Positions 12,454-25,275 are shown, counted from the whole stretch's first letter. The stretch is 63,966 bases of DNA, filler included, from Malassezia furfur (GCA_052055015.1; 4 parts of 4 records of this genome joined end to end with filler, not necessarily neighbours in it), one strand, 5' to 3'. The notes: generated by a model from the sequence alone, not told the origin. A program made the numbers and translations.

Positions 12454-12752
12454 GTAGCTCGTACGATAGGAAAATTCGTGTGCTTCGGGAAACAGGGTGC
12501 GTACATCGCGTGCGGCGCTCGAAATTGTGAACACCCCGGATCCTCTGTCGGACACTCCGGACACCTCGCTGTGCGGACATAGGCCCAGGAGCGCTTGGGC
12601 TTGCCGATGCGCCTTTTCCGCGCAGCCACAATCTCTCTTTCATACACACGGATACGGCACACTATCGTACGGCCGACCGGCCCCATGGCCGCCGGCACTA
12701 CCCATCTATGCTCTGGCGCACCGCGACGCGGCGCCCAACGCCGCTTCACCGC

Positions 12753-13209
12753 TCAACGCTCCAAATCTGCGTCAGCGCCTCACATACTGATATTCGAGCC
12801 AAACTTGGCGTACAGCTTGACTTTCAGCTCCTTCATCCCCGTCTCGCACTCGTCCATGACACGCTGCAGCCGCTCGAGCTCATCGTCGGCTTCCTTGGTG
12901 TCCTGCTCGAGCTGTGCGAGCGCCTCTTCCTGTAGCATCGAGATATAGGCCTCGCCAACCTTGTATCTGCATTAGCCGCCGTCACGCACAGCACACGGTC
13001 GCCATCAAGCAGCTCAAGCTCCATGCCGAGGTCCTCGAGCTCCTCGCGCTCTGTCCGCCGCGCCTTGAGCTCTTCCTCGACATCGCTGAACGTCGCATGC
13101 AGCCGGCTAAACCGATTAATCTGCTGCTGGTCCTCCCACGACACCTCGACGTCGTTGTCGCTCTTCTCGTCCAGCTAGGTGAGCGGCACGGGCGACCTAC
13201 CATCTGCAT
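12753..13209 (-). CDS. GIM3: Prefoldin subunit 4
   Basis: MQM|LDEKSDNDVEVSWEDQQQINRFSRL...L|YKVGEAY...LKVKLYAKFGSNI|NLER*. Introns of 26 nt (13175-13200), 23 nt (12967-12989) and 21 nt (12767-12787). Confidence 0.9.
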
Positions 13210-13269
13210 GGTCGCGCGAAGGTGCGGCTTAGTCAGCGCAACGCGCCGCACCCTTTCGCTGTGGCCGGC

Positions 13270-16200
13270 ATGTCGAACGTCGACAAGCAGCTGCTGCGCG
13301 AGTGCCGCACGCTGCTCCAAAAGGGCGAGTGGGACGGTGCAGCAAGCAAGGCGTACGTGGTATGCAACTGACACCAGTGCGGCCGTCCTCGAATTCTCGC
13401 CAGAAAATTACAATGCGTACGTGGCGCGACTCACCCAGCCTGGTCTTCCAAGGGCTTGCCCAGCTGCATCTCGGAAACGAGCCGGCATCCGAGGCTTCCT
13501 ACATCAAGGCAACACAGGTCGATGCGTCCCAGGTTCTTGCGTGGCAGGGCCTCGAAAAACTCTATGCCAAAAACGCCCAGTGGCCGGCGCTCGTCAACGT
13601 TTACACCCACCTCGCCGACCTGGCGCTCGCGGCAGATGACGCGGTCAAATGCGGCAATACACTGACCAAGATTGTCTCGATCGAACGAGAGCACGGGTCA
13701 CCCGAGACGCTTGCGCACGCCCTTATGGCGTTCGTACCCGGGTCGCCATACTTTGGCCTGCTCGAGTCGCTGCCCGTGCCGGACCAGGCGGCGCCCGCGT
13801 CGAACCCGGCGTTCAACGCACAGATGCTGATGCATGCGGCCGCGCTCGAAAATGCACAGGAGTTGGCCGAGCTGTACGAGCAACTGGATAAGGCGGCGAT
13901 CGACGACGCGGTCAAGAAGCAAAAATCGACGCTCGAGGGCGCCAAGCTCGGCGTACCGCTCGTACGCAACCAGGTGGTGACGGACGTGCTGAAAAAGTCA
14001 CGCGTGCCGCATCTGCTGGAGCTGATCCGCAACCACCCCCGCACGGACGACAAGCTGCGCCGCGACGTCGAGGCCAAGTTGCTGCGGCACTTTGCCGAGC
14101 TTGCGCAGGCTGTGCCGACCGAGGGCCCCGCTGCAAATGTTGGGTTGAAGCAGGCCGTGCGGCAGCAGACGCTGGAGTTTGCGCGTGGGTTTGTCGTGCT
14201 GCAAGTGCCCGACGAGCTGGCGTGGTCGATCTATCTGGACTGGAACGATTTTGTGCTGCGTGAGCTGCCCTACGCACAACTGGTCGATTATGTGCGTCTG
14301 TTTCCCAACACGCCACGCACATTTTCGATCCGTGCCCTGCTATGTCTCGTGGACGACGAGGCGTACAAGCACGTCGATAGCGGCGCAGCGACGCGCGAGC
14401 GCGTCCACCAAGAGACCGACCTGCTCCAACTCGCGCTCGACGGGATGGAGAAGAGTAAGGACTCACTCTTTGCGCAGCGCATTGTGGCGCTCTTCTACCT
14501 GCTCGACAAGGACTATGCGTCCGCACAGGAAGTGCTCGAGGGCGCGTCCAAGCGCCTCGCCCAGCTCGCGGCAGCGACCGGCGCGTCGTTCCCGGGGGTC
14601 GAAGTGGAGCTCCAGACGCAGCTCGCCACGGCACTCACGCACCTGCACCCGCCCAAGCACCACAAAGAGGCACGCACGCTTGTGGGTGCGGTGCTCGCGG
14701 ACCGAGGCATGCACCTCGACGCGCGTCTGGCGCTTGCATACCTTGACGCTGCGCAGGCGCAGTGGGCAGCAGCGAAGCACAACTTTGCGCTGGTCATGCG
14801 CCTTGCCGCCGAAGACGTCGAGGCGCTGCGCGACGCACCGCAAAACGTCGGGCGCAACCTCGCGGCACTCTCCCTGTCGCCCGACGCGCACCTCGAGGCG
14901 CATGCCGAGCTGGCATGGTGCCTGGTGCAGCTTGGTGAGCTGGACGAGGCGCGCGGCATGTTGGACGAGCTGATTGCGCAGCATGACCACGACGACAACG
15001 TGTTTGGCGCCGATTTCCGTGCGCGGCTCTGGTGGCAGCTCGGCCGGTGCTACTGGGCGATGGGCGGCGCGTGGCGGCATGATGCGCAGTATGCGTACCA
15101 CTGCTACATTGTCGCAATCCAGCGCAGTGGCACATTTGCGCCCGCATTCACCGCGCTGGGCGAGTACTACGAGACCGAGGTGAGCCCGCCGGATCTCGTG
15201 CGCGCGTCCAAGTGTTTCCAAAAAGCGTTTGAAATGGATGCACGCGAATACGGCGCGGCGCGGCGGCTCGTGGAGCACTTTGCGAACCAGCGCGAGTGGG
15301 AGCTGGTCGATGCGATCGCGCGACGCGTTGTCGAGGCCGAGGGCGGCGTCGATGCGCTCGCTGGCCGGCCCAGGGCTGGCGTGCACGTCTCGGCAAACGC
15401 GTGGGTGTGGAAGGCGATCGGGATCGTTGAGGCGCTGCGTCACCGGCCCGAGCGTGCGATTGTCGCGCTGCAGGTGACGCTGCGCTCAGAGCCTGACGAC
15501 GTGGACGCGTGGGTGCGCATGGGCGAGGCGTACCTCGCGTTCGGCCGCCCGATCCCTGCGCTCAAGACGTTTGCGCGCGCGCTGCAGCTGCTCCCCACGC
15601 AGCCCACGAGCGGCGTCGCGGCGTGGCACGTACTGTTCCACGTCGCGGATGCGCAGCGACGCCTCGGGCGCTTTGCGCTCGCAACACGCATCCTCACGCG
15701 CATCGTGCACGGCCACACTGCACAGGCCGCGGTGCAGGCCGTGCTCGCCGAGACGCGCCTCGATGAGGCGCGCAGTCTGCTGGCCGCCGGCTACGTGTAC
15801 CGCGCGCACGCCGCACTGGTCGCGAGCCTGTACGATGCGTCGGACGCGCTGCATGCCGACAAGCAGCTCACCAGCGCATGGAAGGTGGCGGGCGACGCGT
15901 GCTTCCTTCTGTCCAAGCTCGATGCGCTGCGCGCAGCCGAGGGCGACGTGGAACTGCCGGCTGGCGCGTCGGATGGCCTGCGCAGCGTGCTCTACTCGCT
16001 CGTGCTGCTCCTTGGGCAGCTCGACGTGGACGCGCGCCTTGCAGCGATTGACGCCGCGAGCGCCGCAGACCTCACGAACGACGTGCCTGCGGCGTCGGAC
16101 CGCACCGCACTCGACGCCGCGGGCTATGCGACACACGCCGTGCTGTGCTACAAATATGTTGCGCTCGCGCACACCTCCGAGTCCAAGACGGCCGTGTTTG

Positions 16201-17839
16201 CGTGGGCGGATTTGGCGATGGGCCTCGCGCGCCTTGCGTCGGCGCTGCGCGCAACCGACGCGGAGCGCAGCGCGTTGGCACACGAGCAGGCAGTGCAGTG
16301 CGTGCGCCTAGCGCTTGCGCGCAAATCGCAGGCGCGGCTGTGGATGCTACTCGGCAACCTGTTCTTTGAGGAGGACGTGGGCACCGCGCAGCACGCGTAC
16401 ATTATGGCGATCGAGACGAGCGCTAAGAGCCCCGCGCCGTGGACGAATTTGGGCTTTTTGTATTTGCGCCAGAACGACGCAGAGCTTGCTGAGCAGGCGT
16501 TTGTGCGTGCGCAGACCATGGCGCCCGACTGGCCCGCAAGCTGGCTGGGCCGTGCGCTGCTCCTCGCACGGCACAGTGCGGACCTGCGCGCGCGCCTGTC
16601 GCTGTTTGAGCACGCGTACACGCTGTCTGAAGGCGCCTCGCTCGAGGCCGACTATGGATTTGCGCTCGCGGCATTTGCGCGCTTGGCACACGTTGTGCGC
16701 GCGGCGCCGTCGCGCGTGCTTGCGCCGCTGCTCGCCGTGAACCACTATGTGGCACGCGAGCCGCTCGACGACGCGGCACTGCACCTCTCGGCGCTGCTCG
16801 CCGAGCAGCTGGGCGCGTCGAGGCTCGCGATCGAGCGTATCGAGCGTGCCACTGCGCAGCTTGAGGCCGAGTTTGAAGCGACCGAGAGCGCGGCGCTCGC
16901 GCTCAAGTACGGCCTTGCGTCGATGAACTTGGGCCGCATCCGCCTCGCGCGCCGCGACGCGCCGGGCGCCATTGAGGCGTTTGAGAGCGCACTGGCGCTC
17001 CTCGATGACGACGAGGCGCCCGCCGGCGACGACGAGGCGCTGCCCGCGCAGCACACGCAGCTTGTGCACGCGCGCGTCACGGCGACGGTCGGCATTGCGT
17101 ACGCCCACTGCCTGGCCGGCGAGCCGGCGGCCGGCACACAGCAGCTCGCCGACGTGCAGCAGACGCTCGCGACGAGCGGTCTGCCAGCGGACACCGTCGC
17201 GCAGGTGCGTGCGCAGGTCGCTGTGCTGCTTGCGCGCGTGCTGTGGCGCCACGGTGACCGTGCGTCGATTGCGGCGCACCTCGACGCGGCGCTCGCTGCG
17301 GCGCCCACCGACACGTTGCTCATCACGACGCGTGCGGCGGTCGCAGCGGCCGCCGGCGACACGGCACAGTACAATGCAGTACTTGCGCAGTACGCTGCGG
17401 CATTGCCCGAGCCGCTGCGTGTGCAGCTGCGCAACCACGAGCCGACGGCGAAGCTGAGCATCTGGCAACTGGCCGCTGCGGTACGTCTGTCTGCCTACTG
17501 ACCCAGTTCCCGCTCGATGCCCTCCTGCAACATCTCGGCAACACGCTCGCCAATCCCGATACCACACCGGCCGTGCGTGTGTTTGTCGCCGATACGCTCG
17601 TGCGCCTCGCGGCGGAGCATGCTGTGCGCGAGGCGCCGCTGCCGCGCGTGTCGCTGCCGCGCGGCGACGGGTCCGTGCTGGGCGTCGCGCGCGAGGCCTT
17701 GCAGGCCGTGCAGACGCATCCCGACGACCTCGTGCACTGGGGCACGGCACTCGATGTCCTGGCGCTCGCCGAGCTCGTCACGCTGCGTGAGCAGACGTAT
17801 GCGCCGCCGCCCCCCGCCGAGGCCGCTGCGCCGGCAGAG
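13270..17839 (+). CDS. SKI3: Superkiller complex TPR protein Ski3 (TTC37), 3'-truncated by the gap
   Basis: Spliced N-terminus AVLEFSPENYNALVFQGLA...QVLAWQGLEKLY; FAPAFTALGEYY...RASKCFQKAFEMD; APWTNLGFLYL; multiple TPRs; two 5' introns and one near 17481-17506. Confidence 0.88.
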
Positions 17840-17939
17840 NNNNNNNNNNNNNNNNNNNNNNNNNNNNNNNNNNNNNNNNNNNNTTAATTAATTAANNNNN
17901 NNNNNNNNNNNNNNNNNNNNNNNNNNNNNNNNNNNNNNN
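17840..17939. other. Assembly gap with artificial all-frame stop linker
   Basis: N-run flanking TTAATTAATTAA. Confidence 0.97.
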
Positions 17940-19255
17940 CCGAAGGTCGGCCACCGGGGCGGCCCCCAGGGCGGCCGCCTGCGCCCCCGCCATCGCTTAG
18001 TGCAGCGCCGCTCGTGCCTTCGGTGCCGCCCGTGCCGCCATTGCAGCCGGTGCATCCGATAATCGCAGGTGCGCCGCCGACGCCCACGCCGCCGTCCGGT
18101 CCGCCGGGTCCGCCGCCCGGCCCGCCACCTGGTCCGCCACCCGGCCCGCCACCCAAGCTGCTCGCCCGTACGGCGCCAACATCCGGCCAAGATACCACGG
18201 TGTCGATCCAGACGCCGCCTACACGCCGTTCGCCGCCGCCGTTCGCGGAGCATGACGAGGCGTACGAGATTGTGAACCAGGTGGGCGAGGGCACCTACGG
18301 ACAGGTATACAAGGCGAGTGCGGAGCGAACCGGCTCTCTCGTTGCGCTCAAAAAGATCCGCATGGAGGCGGTCAAGGAGGGCTTCCCCGTGACGTCCATG
18401 CGCGAGATCAAACTGCTACAGTCGCTGCGGCACGAAAATGTCATCCGTCTCCAGGAGATCATGACCAGTCGCGCAGGCTCCGTGTATATGGTGTTTGAGT
18501 ACATGGAGCACGACCTAAACGGCGTGCTAGTGCACCCCGAAGTGACGTTCACCGATGCGCACCGCAAGTCGCTCGCGTCGCAGCTGCTGCACGGCCTGGC
18601 ATACCTACACCGCCGCGCGGTGCTGCACCGCGACCTGAAAGGCTCCAACCTGCTGCTCAACAATGCGGGCACGCTCAAGATTGCCGATTTCGGGCTGGCG
18701 CGCACGTACTACAAGCGCCACCGCGGCGACTATACCAATCGCGTCGTCACTCTCTGGTACCGCCCGCCCGAGCTGCTGCTCGGGGCGACACAGTACGGCC
18801 CAGAGGTAGACACGTGGGGCGCCGGCTGCCTTTTCCTCGAGCTCTTCACGCGGCAAGCGCTCTTCCAGGGACACGACGAAATTCATCAGCTGCACGTCAT
18901 TACGCAGCTACTCGGTCCCCTGACGACCAACGCGTGGCCCAGCGTCGAAACGCTTCCGTGGTTCGAGCTGATGCGCATGCAGGACGAGCGCAACACGGCC
19001 CACTCTGATACCCCCGACGCTTGGGCGGCGATCGAGGCGCACCTGTCGCCCGCCGCGGTGGCTCTCGCGCGCGGGCTGCTTACGTACGATCCTGCCCAGC
19101 GCTGGACGGCGGCCCAGGCGCTCGAGAGCCCCTACTTCGCTACGGAGGAGCCGCGCGCGGAGCCGCCTGCCGCGGTGCTTGCCGCACTCCGCGGCGAGTG
19201 GCACGAGATGCAGTCCAAGCGCGCTCGGAAAAAGGCACGCCACAACGCCACGTAG
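17940..19255 (+). CDS. CTK1: RNA polymerase II CTD kinase (Ctk1/CDK12 family), 5'-truncated by the gap
   Basis: VGEGTYGQVYKA, GFPVTSMREIKLLQSLRHEN, HRDLKGSNLL, DYTNRVVTLWYRPPELLLGATQYG, GEWHEMQSK; Pro-rich N-terminus with GPPP repeats. Confidence 0.85.
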
Positions 19256-19349
19256 AGGATGCGCACCGCGCGCGTGGATGGGTAGGTGGTCACGTGGCCA
19301 TAGGAAGAACGTGGCCACGGTGCGCAGCCTGACGACAGGCACAACCACA

Positions 19350-20774
19350 ATGGTGGACGAGAAGAGCGTTTCCGCACCCAAGGAGCCGACCGTGGCATCG
19401 GGCGTGCACATCGTCAAGCTGCCCGGCGGCAAGCCGGACCAGAAGGCGCACAATGAAGAGATGGAGCGCATCAAGGCCGAAATCGCCAAGGTGCAAAACA
19501 AGGTGAACTCGGTGCGCGCCGCGCTGGCGGGTGCGGCGCCCGACACGCCTGCGGGCAAGCGCCGCGCCGAGCTGCGTGCCGAACTGGACTCGCTCCGCTC
19601 GCAGCAGGCCGGGCACAAGGGCACGCGCGGCAAGGTGTTCGACGAGATCAAGGCGCGCCAGGACGAAATTGCGATCAAGGTCAAGGCGCTCCAGACGGCC
19701 AAGGCCAAGGCGCCGTTCAAGTCGCAGTCGGAGATTGACGCGCAGATCGCCCAGATCGAGGCGCAGATCGAGTCGGGTGCCATGAAGATCGTCGAGGAGC
19801 GCAAGGCGCTCAACGAAATCTCGGTGCTGAAGCGCTCGCGCAAGTCCATGGACGCGCTCACCGCACAGCAGTCCGAGATCGACGCGCTCCGCGCGCAGGT
19901 CGACAAGCTGCGTGGCTCGCTGGACGACCCCGAGAGCCAGGCGGTGAGCCGCCGCTACGACGAGATCAAGCAGGAGCTCGACGCGCTCGCCAAGGAGCAG
20001 GAGAAGACGGTCGGCAGCCGCAGCAAGCTGCTTGCGCAGCGCACCGCCTTCACCAAGCAGCTCGACGACCTGTACCAGGCGCGCCGCGACCGTCTCAACG
20101 CGTACCATGCCGAGAACGACAAGTACTACGCCAAGATGACGGCCGAGCGCGAGAAGCGCCAGGAGGCCCAGCGCAAGGAGCGCGAGCAGGCCGAGGCGAC
20201 GCGCCAGGCGCTCGAGGACGAGGAGATCCGCGAGAACGCGGCGCTCCCCGCCTTTGCCAAGGAGATCGAGGACTGCGATGTGCTCATCCGCTACTTTAGC
20301 GGCAGCACCGACGCGGCGCCCACGGCGGCGGCCGGCGCGAAGGAGACGAACGGCAAGGTGCCGTCGCTGCCCGAGCCGCGCCAGGCGGACGTGAGCGTGC
20401 CCGAGGGCGCAGTGATTGCCCCGCGCAAGGGCGAGGAGGAGAACTACTTTGTGGCCGGCGCCGGCAAGAAGAAGAGCGCCAAGGCCAAGAAGGTCAAGGG
20501 CCAGAAGCTCTCGCTGAACGACGACGAGGCGGGTGCGCCGACCGCCTCGGGCTCGCTGCACGTGCCGTTCGGCATGCTCAGCGCGCTGCTGGCGCTGAGC
20601 ATCCCCCCGCCGCTCAACCAGGCCGACTTGCCGCGCGTGGTGGACAACGTCAAGCTGAAGCGCGAGTACTTTGTCTCGAACCAGGCGCGCGTCACCAAGG
20701 AGAACATTGAGAAGGCCGAGAAGCTCATCGCCGACCGCCAGACCAAGCGCATGGCCGCTGCGGGCGAGGCGTGA
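19350..20774 (+). CDS. BFR1: Bfr1-like coiled-coil mRNP/nuclear segregation protein
   Basis: KPD...KAPFKSQSEIDAQIAQIEAQIESGAMKIVEERKALNEISVLKR...PAFAKEIEDCDVLIRYF pattern; long coiled coil. Confidence 0.78.
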   Translation: MVDEKSVSAPKEPTVASGVHIVKLPGGKPDQKAHNEEMERIKAEIAKVQNKVNSVRAALAGAAPDTPAGKRRAELRAELDSLRSQQAGHKGTRGKVFDEIKARQDEIAIKVKALQTAKAKAPFKSQSEIDAQIAQIEAQIESGAMKIVEERKALNEISVLKRSRKSMDALTAQQSEIDALRAQVDKLRGSLDDPESQAVSRRYDEIKQELDALAKEQEKTVGSRSKLLAQRTAFTKQLDDLYQARRDRLNAYHAENDKYYAKMTAEREKRQEAQRKEREQAEATRQALEDEEIRENAALPAFAKEIEDCDVLIRYFSGSTDAAPTAAAGAKETNGKVPSLPEPRQADVSVPEGAVIAPRKGEEENYFVAGAGKKKSAKAKKVKGQKLSLNDDEAGAPTASGSLHVPFGMLSALLALSIPPPLNQADLPRVVDNVKLKREYFVSNQARVTKENIEKAEKLIADRQTKRMAAAGEA

Positions 20775-20809
20775 TTCGATTTACGTAGTTTCGGTGTGCT
20801 ACTGTACAA

Positions 20810-22599
20810 CTACGCATCAGACGACCCCTTGATCACGCGCGCGGTGCCGACGTGCGTGGCATGCACCTTGCTCGCGAAGCGCAGCGAGCACAGCGTCTCG
20901 CCGAGGTGCGCCGCGAGCGGCGAAAGAGCGAGAAGCATCAACCTAAAGGTCAGCAACGTGTCACGTACGTCTTGGCATTGCCGCCCAAGCTGTGCTTCAG
21001 CAGCCAGGTCAGCGTCGAATTGCGGTACGGCACGTGGCGTGCAGTGCCCGCGCCGCCCAGCGCGCCGATCACGTCGGCGAGCGCGCTGAGCGACTTGTTG
21101 ATGCTCTGCGCCTCCTTGAGACGCGTCGGGTCACTGGCCGAGCCGCTGGTCGCCAGGCGCTCCGAGCCGCTGGGTGAGTCATGGGCAACGTACGCAAGGT
21201 CCACGAGGTTGAGCGTTGCGTCGCTCGTCTCGTTTGTCGAGGCGTTGTGGCCGCGCACGCGCAGCAGAAACACGCTGTGCGAGCGGCTCGAGCGCTCGTT
21301 CATCAGCGTCGCAGCCACCTGCCGCCGCTTCTTGGCGCGCTTCAGCAGTGCGAAGACGTCCTGCGGGCCGTTCAGCGGGACAGTGACCGTGTTCGTGACG
21401 GTGGTGTGGTGCTCCGTGTGCCGCACCTCGTGTTTCTCCTTGTCCGACGCCGGTGTGCCGAGCAGGTCGTAGATGTGGTCGAGGTAGATCTGCAGCATCT
21501 GCGCCTCAAACGTGTACGTCCACCCCTGCGCGCCGAGGCGCTCGGCGACATCCCAGAGCATGTGCATCGCGCGCGGGATCAGGCCCGCCGACGCACACAG
21601 CGTCGACGCCGCATCGGCCACATCCGCCCCGCCCTCGAGCGTGTGCGTTTTTCCCGAGCCGGTTTGGCCGTACGCAAAAATAGTTGTGTTGTAGCCATCC
21701 AGCACGCTCTGCATTAGGTCCGCGACCTCGGCAAAGACGTCTTCCTGCGTCGCCTGCGGCCCAAACACATGGTCGAACGCAAAGTGGTGCTGGCGCACGG
21801 TCGGTGCCCCCACCGCGTTCTCTGTGTGCGCCGCGACCTCGATCTGCGTGTGGAGCATCGCGTCGGGGAACCGGATCGTGGCTTGCGCGCCGTCGTTGCG
21901 CGGCGGACGCACCCGTGCGTACACGCGCACGTTGCCGCGCAGCTCCTGCACCTGGTTGTGCAGCTTGCGACGCAGCGACTCAGCGGCGATCAGGTCGCGC
22001 TCTAGCTGCGCATTGCGCTGCTTCGTCGCTGCAACGTCTGCGTGCAGCGCGTGTGCGCGCGCATCGTAAGACGCCAGCTGCGCCTGCAGGTCGGCGACCT
22101 GCTCCGCGAGCCGCTCGTTCGTCGCGGCCAGGCGCGCGTGCGCCTCATCGCGCTCGTGTGCGGCCTGGCGCAGCGCGCGGATCTCGTCGCGCTGCTGTGT
22201 GATTTCGGCACGCAGCGCGCGCTGTGCCTGCTCGTGCTCGGCACGTAGCACGTCGACCTCGTAGTCGTTGTATCCGCGCCAGGCCAGCTCGGGCGCGCGG
22301 TTTTCCTGAGCGAGCTTGCGCTCGTTGCGCAGCGCCTCTTCCATCTCGAGGGAGCGCTGCGTCTGCAGTGCGTGTGCCTTGCGTTCCTGGTCACGCAGCA
22401 TTTCGCGGCGCCGCGTCTCGAGCGTGACGAGGTCGTGCATCGCGGCGCGCTGTGCATCGTCGACGGGCTGCGCGCGTGTCGCGATGCCGCGGCTCGCATC
22501 GCCTGGGGCTTTACGGCGCTCCGGTTCGGCGGCAACCCGCATGCGCTTCGGCGGGACGCGCGGATGCATCCCCGGCGGCACCGTGCGTCCGAGCGGCAT
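20810..22599 (-). CDS. KAR3: Kinesin-14 C-terminal motor (Kar3 family)
   Basis: Coiled coil, then RRKLHNQVQELRGNVRVYARVRP, P-loop FAYGQTGSGKTHT, NERSSRSHSVF, LVDLA|GSER, HVPYRNSTLTWLL, ETLCSLRFASKV; two short introns. Confidence 0.93.
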
Positions 22600-22747
22600 G
22601 GTCGGAGAACAACACTCTGCACGTGATCGCGTGCGCGGCCGCCGTGGGGGAGGAGCAAGCGCGCACGGCGAGCAGCGTGGTGCGGCGCAGCAGGGCGAGG
22701 TGTGGGCCATGCTGCATCCTCTTTGTGGGAGCTCATGCGTTGGGTAT

Positions 22748-23132
22748 CTATGGAGCCGCGGCGGGCGCGGCGGTGGACACCTCGGGTGTGTCCTTGAAAT
22801 TCTCCGGGGTCGCGTCGACTGGGTAAGTGGGTGCCTACGTACCCCACGGCCGCTTGCACATGGGACACAGCGGCTCGTGCTTTTCCGAGAGCCACTTGTT
22901 GATGCAGTGCAAGTGGAATTCGTGGCTGCACTCGCCAAAAGCTGCGTGAGCGGCGGCGCGACGTACCGAGTGGACACGCGTCGCCCGGGTCGCGGCATGC
23001 GCCACACACGCCGTCAAAGTAGTTCTGACAGATGCCGCACACATCGTCGGGATCGCGCACGTCCCAGTCTGTGTGAGCGAGCGACGTACGCCAGTAGGCG
23101 ACGGGGTGCCACTTGTGCAGGTGCACCTTCAT
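22748..23132 (-). CDS. APC11: Anaphase-promoting complex RING-H2 subunit
   Basis: MKVHLHKWHPVAYWHWDV..DDVCGICQNYFDGVCGACRDPGDACPL..GECSHEFHLHCINKWL....LCPMCKRPW; three introns of 21-25 nt. Confidence 0.92.
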
Positions 23133-23207
23133 GGCGGCGCAAGCCAGCGTACACGCCTCCATACGTGGAGGCACGCCCGCTCCGTCCACGACTGCGCCTG
23201 GCTGGCC

Positions 23208-25275
23208 ATGGGCAACACGCCGTCCTCGCACGAGGGGGCCAGCGCGCAGCGGAGTGGCAAGCGCACGTCGGAGAGCGCGCATGTGCGTCCCGACTTGGGC
23301 AATGCCGACGCGACGCGCAGCAACTTTGCGCCGCCCGCGACCGGCAGCGTCGCGCCCGACGCGACCGTCACCGTGCACCGACCCGGGCACCTCTATTCGC
23401 ACAGCATCAACCTGCCCACCCACGGGACATCGGCGAGCGATGACGAGGAGCTCGCATCCATGCGCCGGCACCCATACAGCAGCTGGGACCACAGCGAGCA
23501 GCCCGGTGTAGTGTTGTCCGGCATGCCCTATGCGCGCGGTCCGCCGAGTGACTCGAGCATGCACCGCTCGCAGAGCTCGCTCACCGACTCGAGCATTCAG
23601 CGCAGCGACAGCACATACTGGGGCTCGACGTCCGACGCGGTCGACAGCGATGCCGAGCACCGCGATCCGCCGCGTGCTGGCGCGCAGGCCCCGTACCGCT
23701 TCCCGCCGATCCTGACCGATGCCGGACACCACGACGTCGAGGGCGCACTCAAGACCCCGACGCAGCCGTCGATCGAGCTGCAGGCGCCCAACACGCCGCG
23801 CACGAGCGATGCAGGACTCCCCGACCCACAGCGCACGCCCGTCTCGCGCAACGAGGGCTTTGTGGGCGGCCGCGTCCACATTCCCCACCGCGCGTCGCTG
23901 ATCATCAACGAGGAGGCGGCGCCGACGCCGCACGATATGCCGTCGTCCCCCGTCCTCGACCGCCAGGCGACTGCGGACGAGGCGACGAGCCGTGCGCAGG
24001 CGCCCGGCGGCCGCCGGCTGCGGGCGCTGCCGTCGTATCTGCGCATCCCCACGGCGATCCCGCGCGAGTTTACGAGCACTGCGCAGGGCACATCGGGGGA
24101 TGACGCGCCCGCGCCCGCGCCTGGTGCGCTCAAGACGCTCGATATTCTGCACATGCCCATGTACAGCGGCACGACGACCGAGCGTTCGGTCGTCACCGCC
24201 GCGGCGCCCGCGCACGACACCAGCAGCGAGCCGCGGGCAGCCATCAGCCGCGCACAGACCGAGCCGTCGCTGCTCGCGAGCGCGCGTGTCACCGAGCCCG
24301 CGGGTGCAGAGCGTCAGGTGCCCGCGAGCGCGACGGCCGCGACGCCGACGGCGCCCATCGGGGGGAAGGACGCGCCGGCCCATGCGACGTCCAGCGACGC
24401 GGTGGCCCCGAGCGATGCGGCGCCCGACGAGCAGCCGCCGCTCACGCCCGTCAACCTCATGTGGCGCGGTAAGGGGCGCCAGGTGTACGTCACTGGCACG
24501 TTTGCTGACCAGTGGCGCAGCAAGATTCCGCTGCGCCAGCTGCGGCCCAACACGCCCTTCCTGTGTACGCTCTACCTCCCGCCCGGCACGCACCGGCTCA
24601 AGTTTGTGGTGGACGACCGGTGGCGCATCTCGAACGAGCTCAACACCGCGTCGGACGGCGAGGGGACGCTCGTGAACTACGTCGAGATCCCCCGCACCCG
24701 CGAACGCCTCTCGGACGGCTCGGCGCTGGCGCCGCACAAGCAGAGCGACGCGGAGCTGCGCCCCGCCGACGACCCGCGCTTTGCGGACCCCGCGTGGGCG
24801 AGCGCGATGGACGATTTGCGCCGGCAGCACCGCGCCTCGCTCGAGCAGCGCGGCGGCGAGTGGGACGATCTGGGCGACGATGCCCACGGCGCAGACGTGG
24901 CGCACTGGACGGCCGATGTGCCGCCCGCCATCGAGGTCGCGCAGGAGACCGAGGAGGCGCTGCACGAGCACGAGATGGACTCGAATGCCGCGGCACTGCT
25001 GCCCATGCCGCCGCAGCTCCCGCGGCAGCTCGAGAAGGTCATCCTCAACTCGTCGCCGGCGCACGCGATCAGCAGCATCAACACGACCGCGGCTGTCGTG
25101 GACGACAACAGTGTGCTCCCCGCGCCGAACCACGCCGTGCTGCACCACCTCGCCGCGAGCGCGATCAAGAACGGCGTGCTCGCCATCGGCACCGTGACGC
25201 GCTACAAACGCAAGGTACGTTGCCTCAAACTAACCCCAGTACGTCACGACGCTGCTCTACCGCCCCGTCGCCTAG
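23208..25275 (+). CDS. SNF1/AMPK beta subunit (Gal83/Sip2 family)
   Basis: Myristoylation-type start MGNTPS; CBM48 (VYVTGTFADQW..LPPGTHRLKFVVDDRW); ASC domain PPQLPRQLEKVILN..LPAPNHAVLHHLAASAIKNGVLA..RYKRK|YVTTLLYRPVA*; intron 25215-25239. Confidence 0.92.

Noticed and set aside
9916..12564. 882-aa antisense ORF over eEF2
   Set aside because: Shadow ORF caused by strong codon bias in a highly expressed GC-rich gene; no recognisable motifs.
17884..17895. TTAATTAATTAA repeated three times in the window
   Set aside because: Always embedded in N-runs; an artificial six-frame stop linker. Adjacency across these gaps is not evidence of biological linkage.
22002..25148. 1048-aa minus-strand ORF and other long Arg/Ala-rich ORFs
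   Set aside because: GC-rich off-frame or antisense read-through. It only incidentally includes APC11 exons; the real genes are explained by spliced models.
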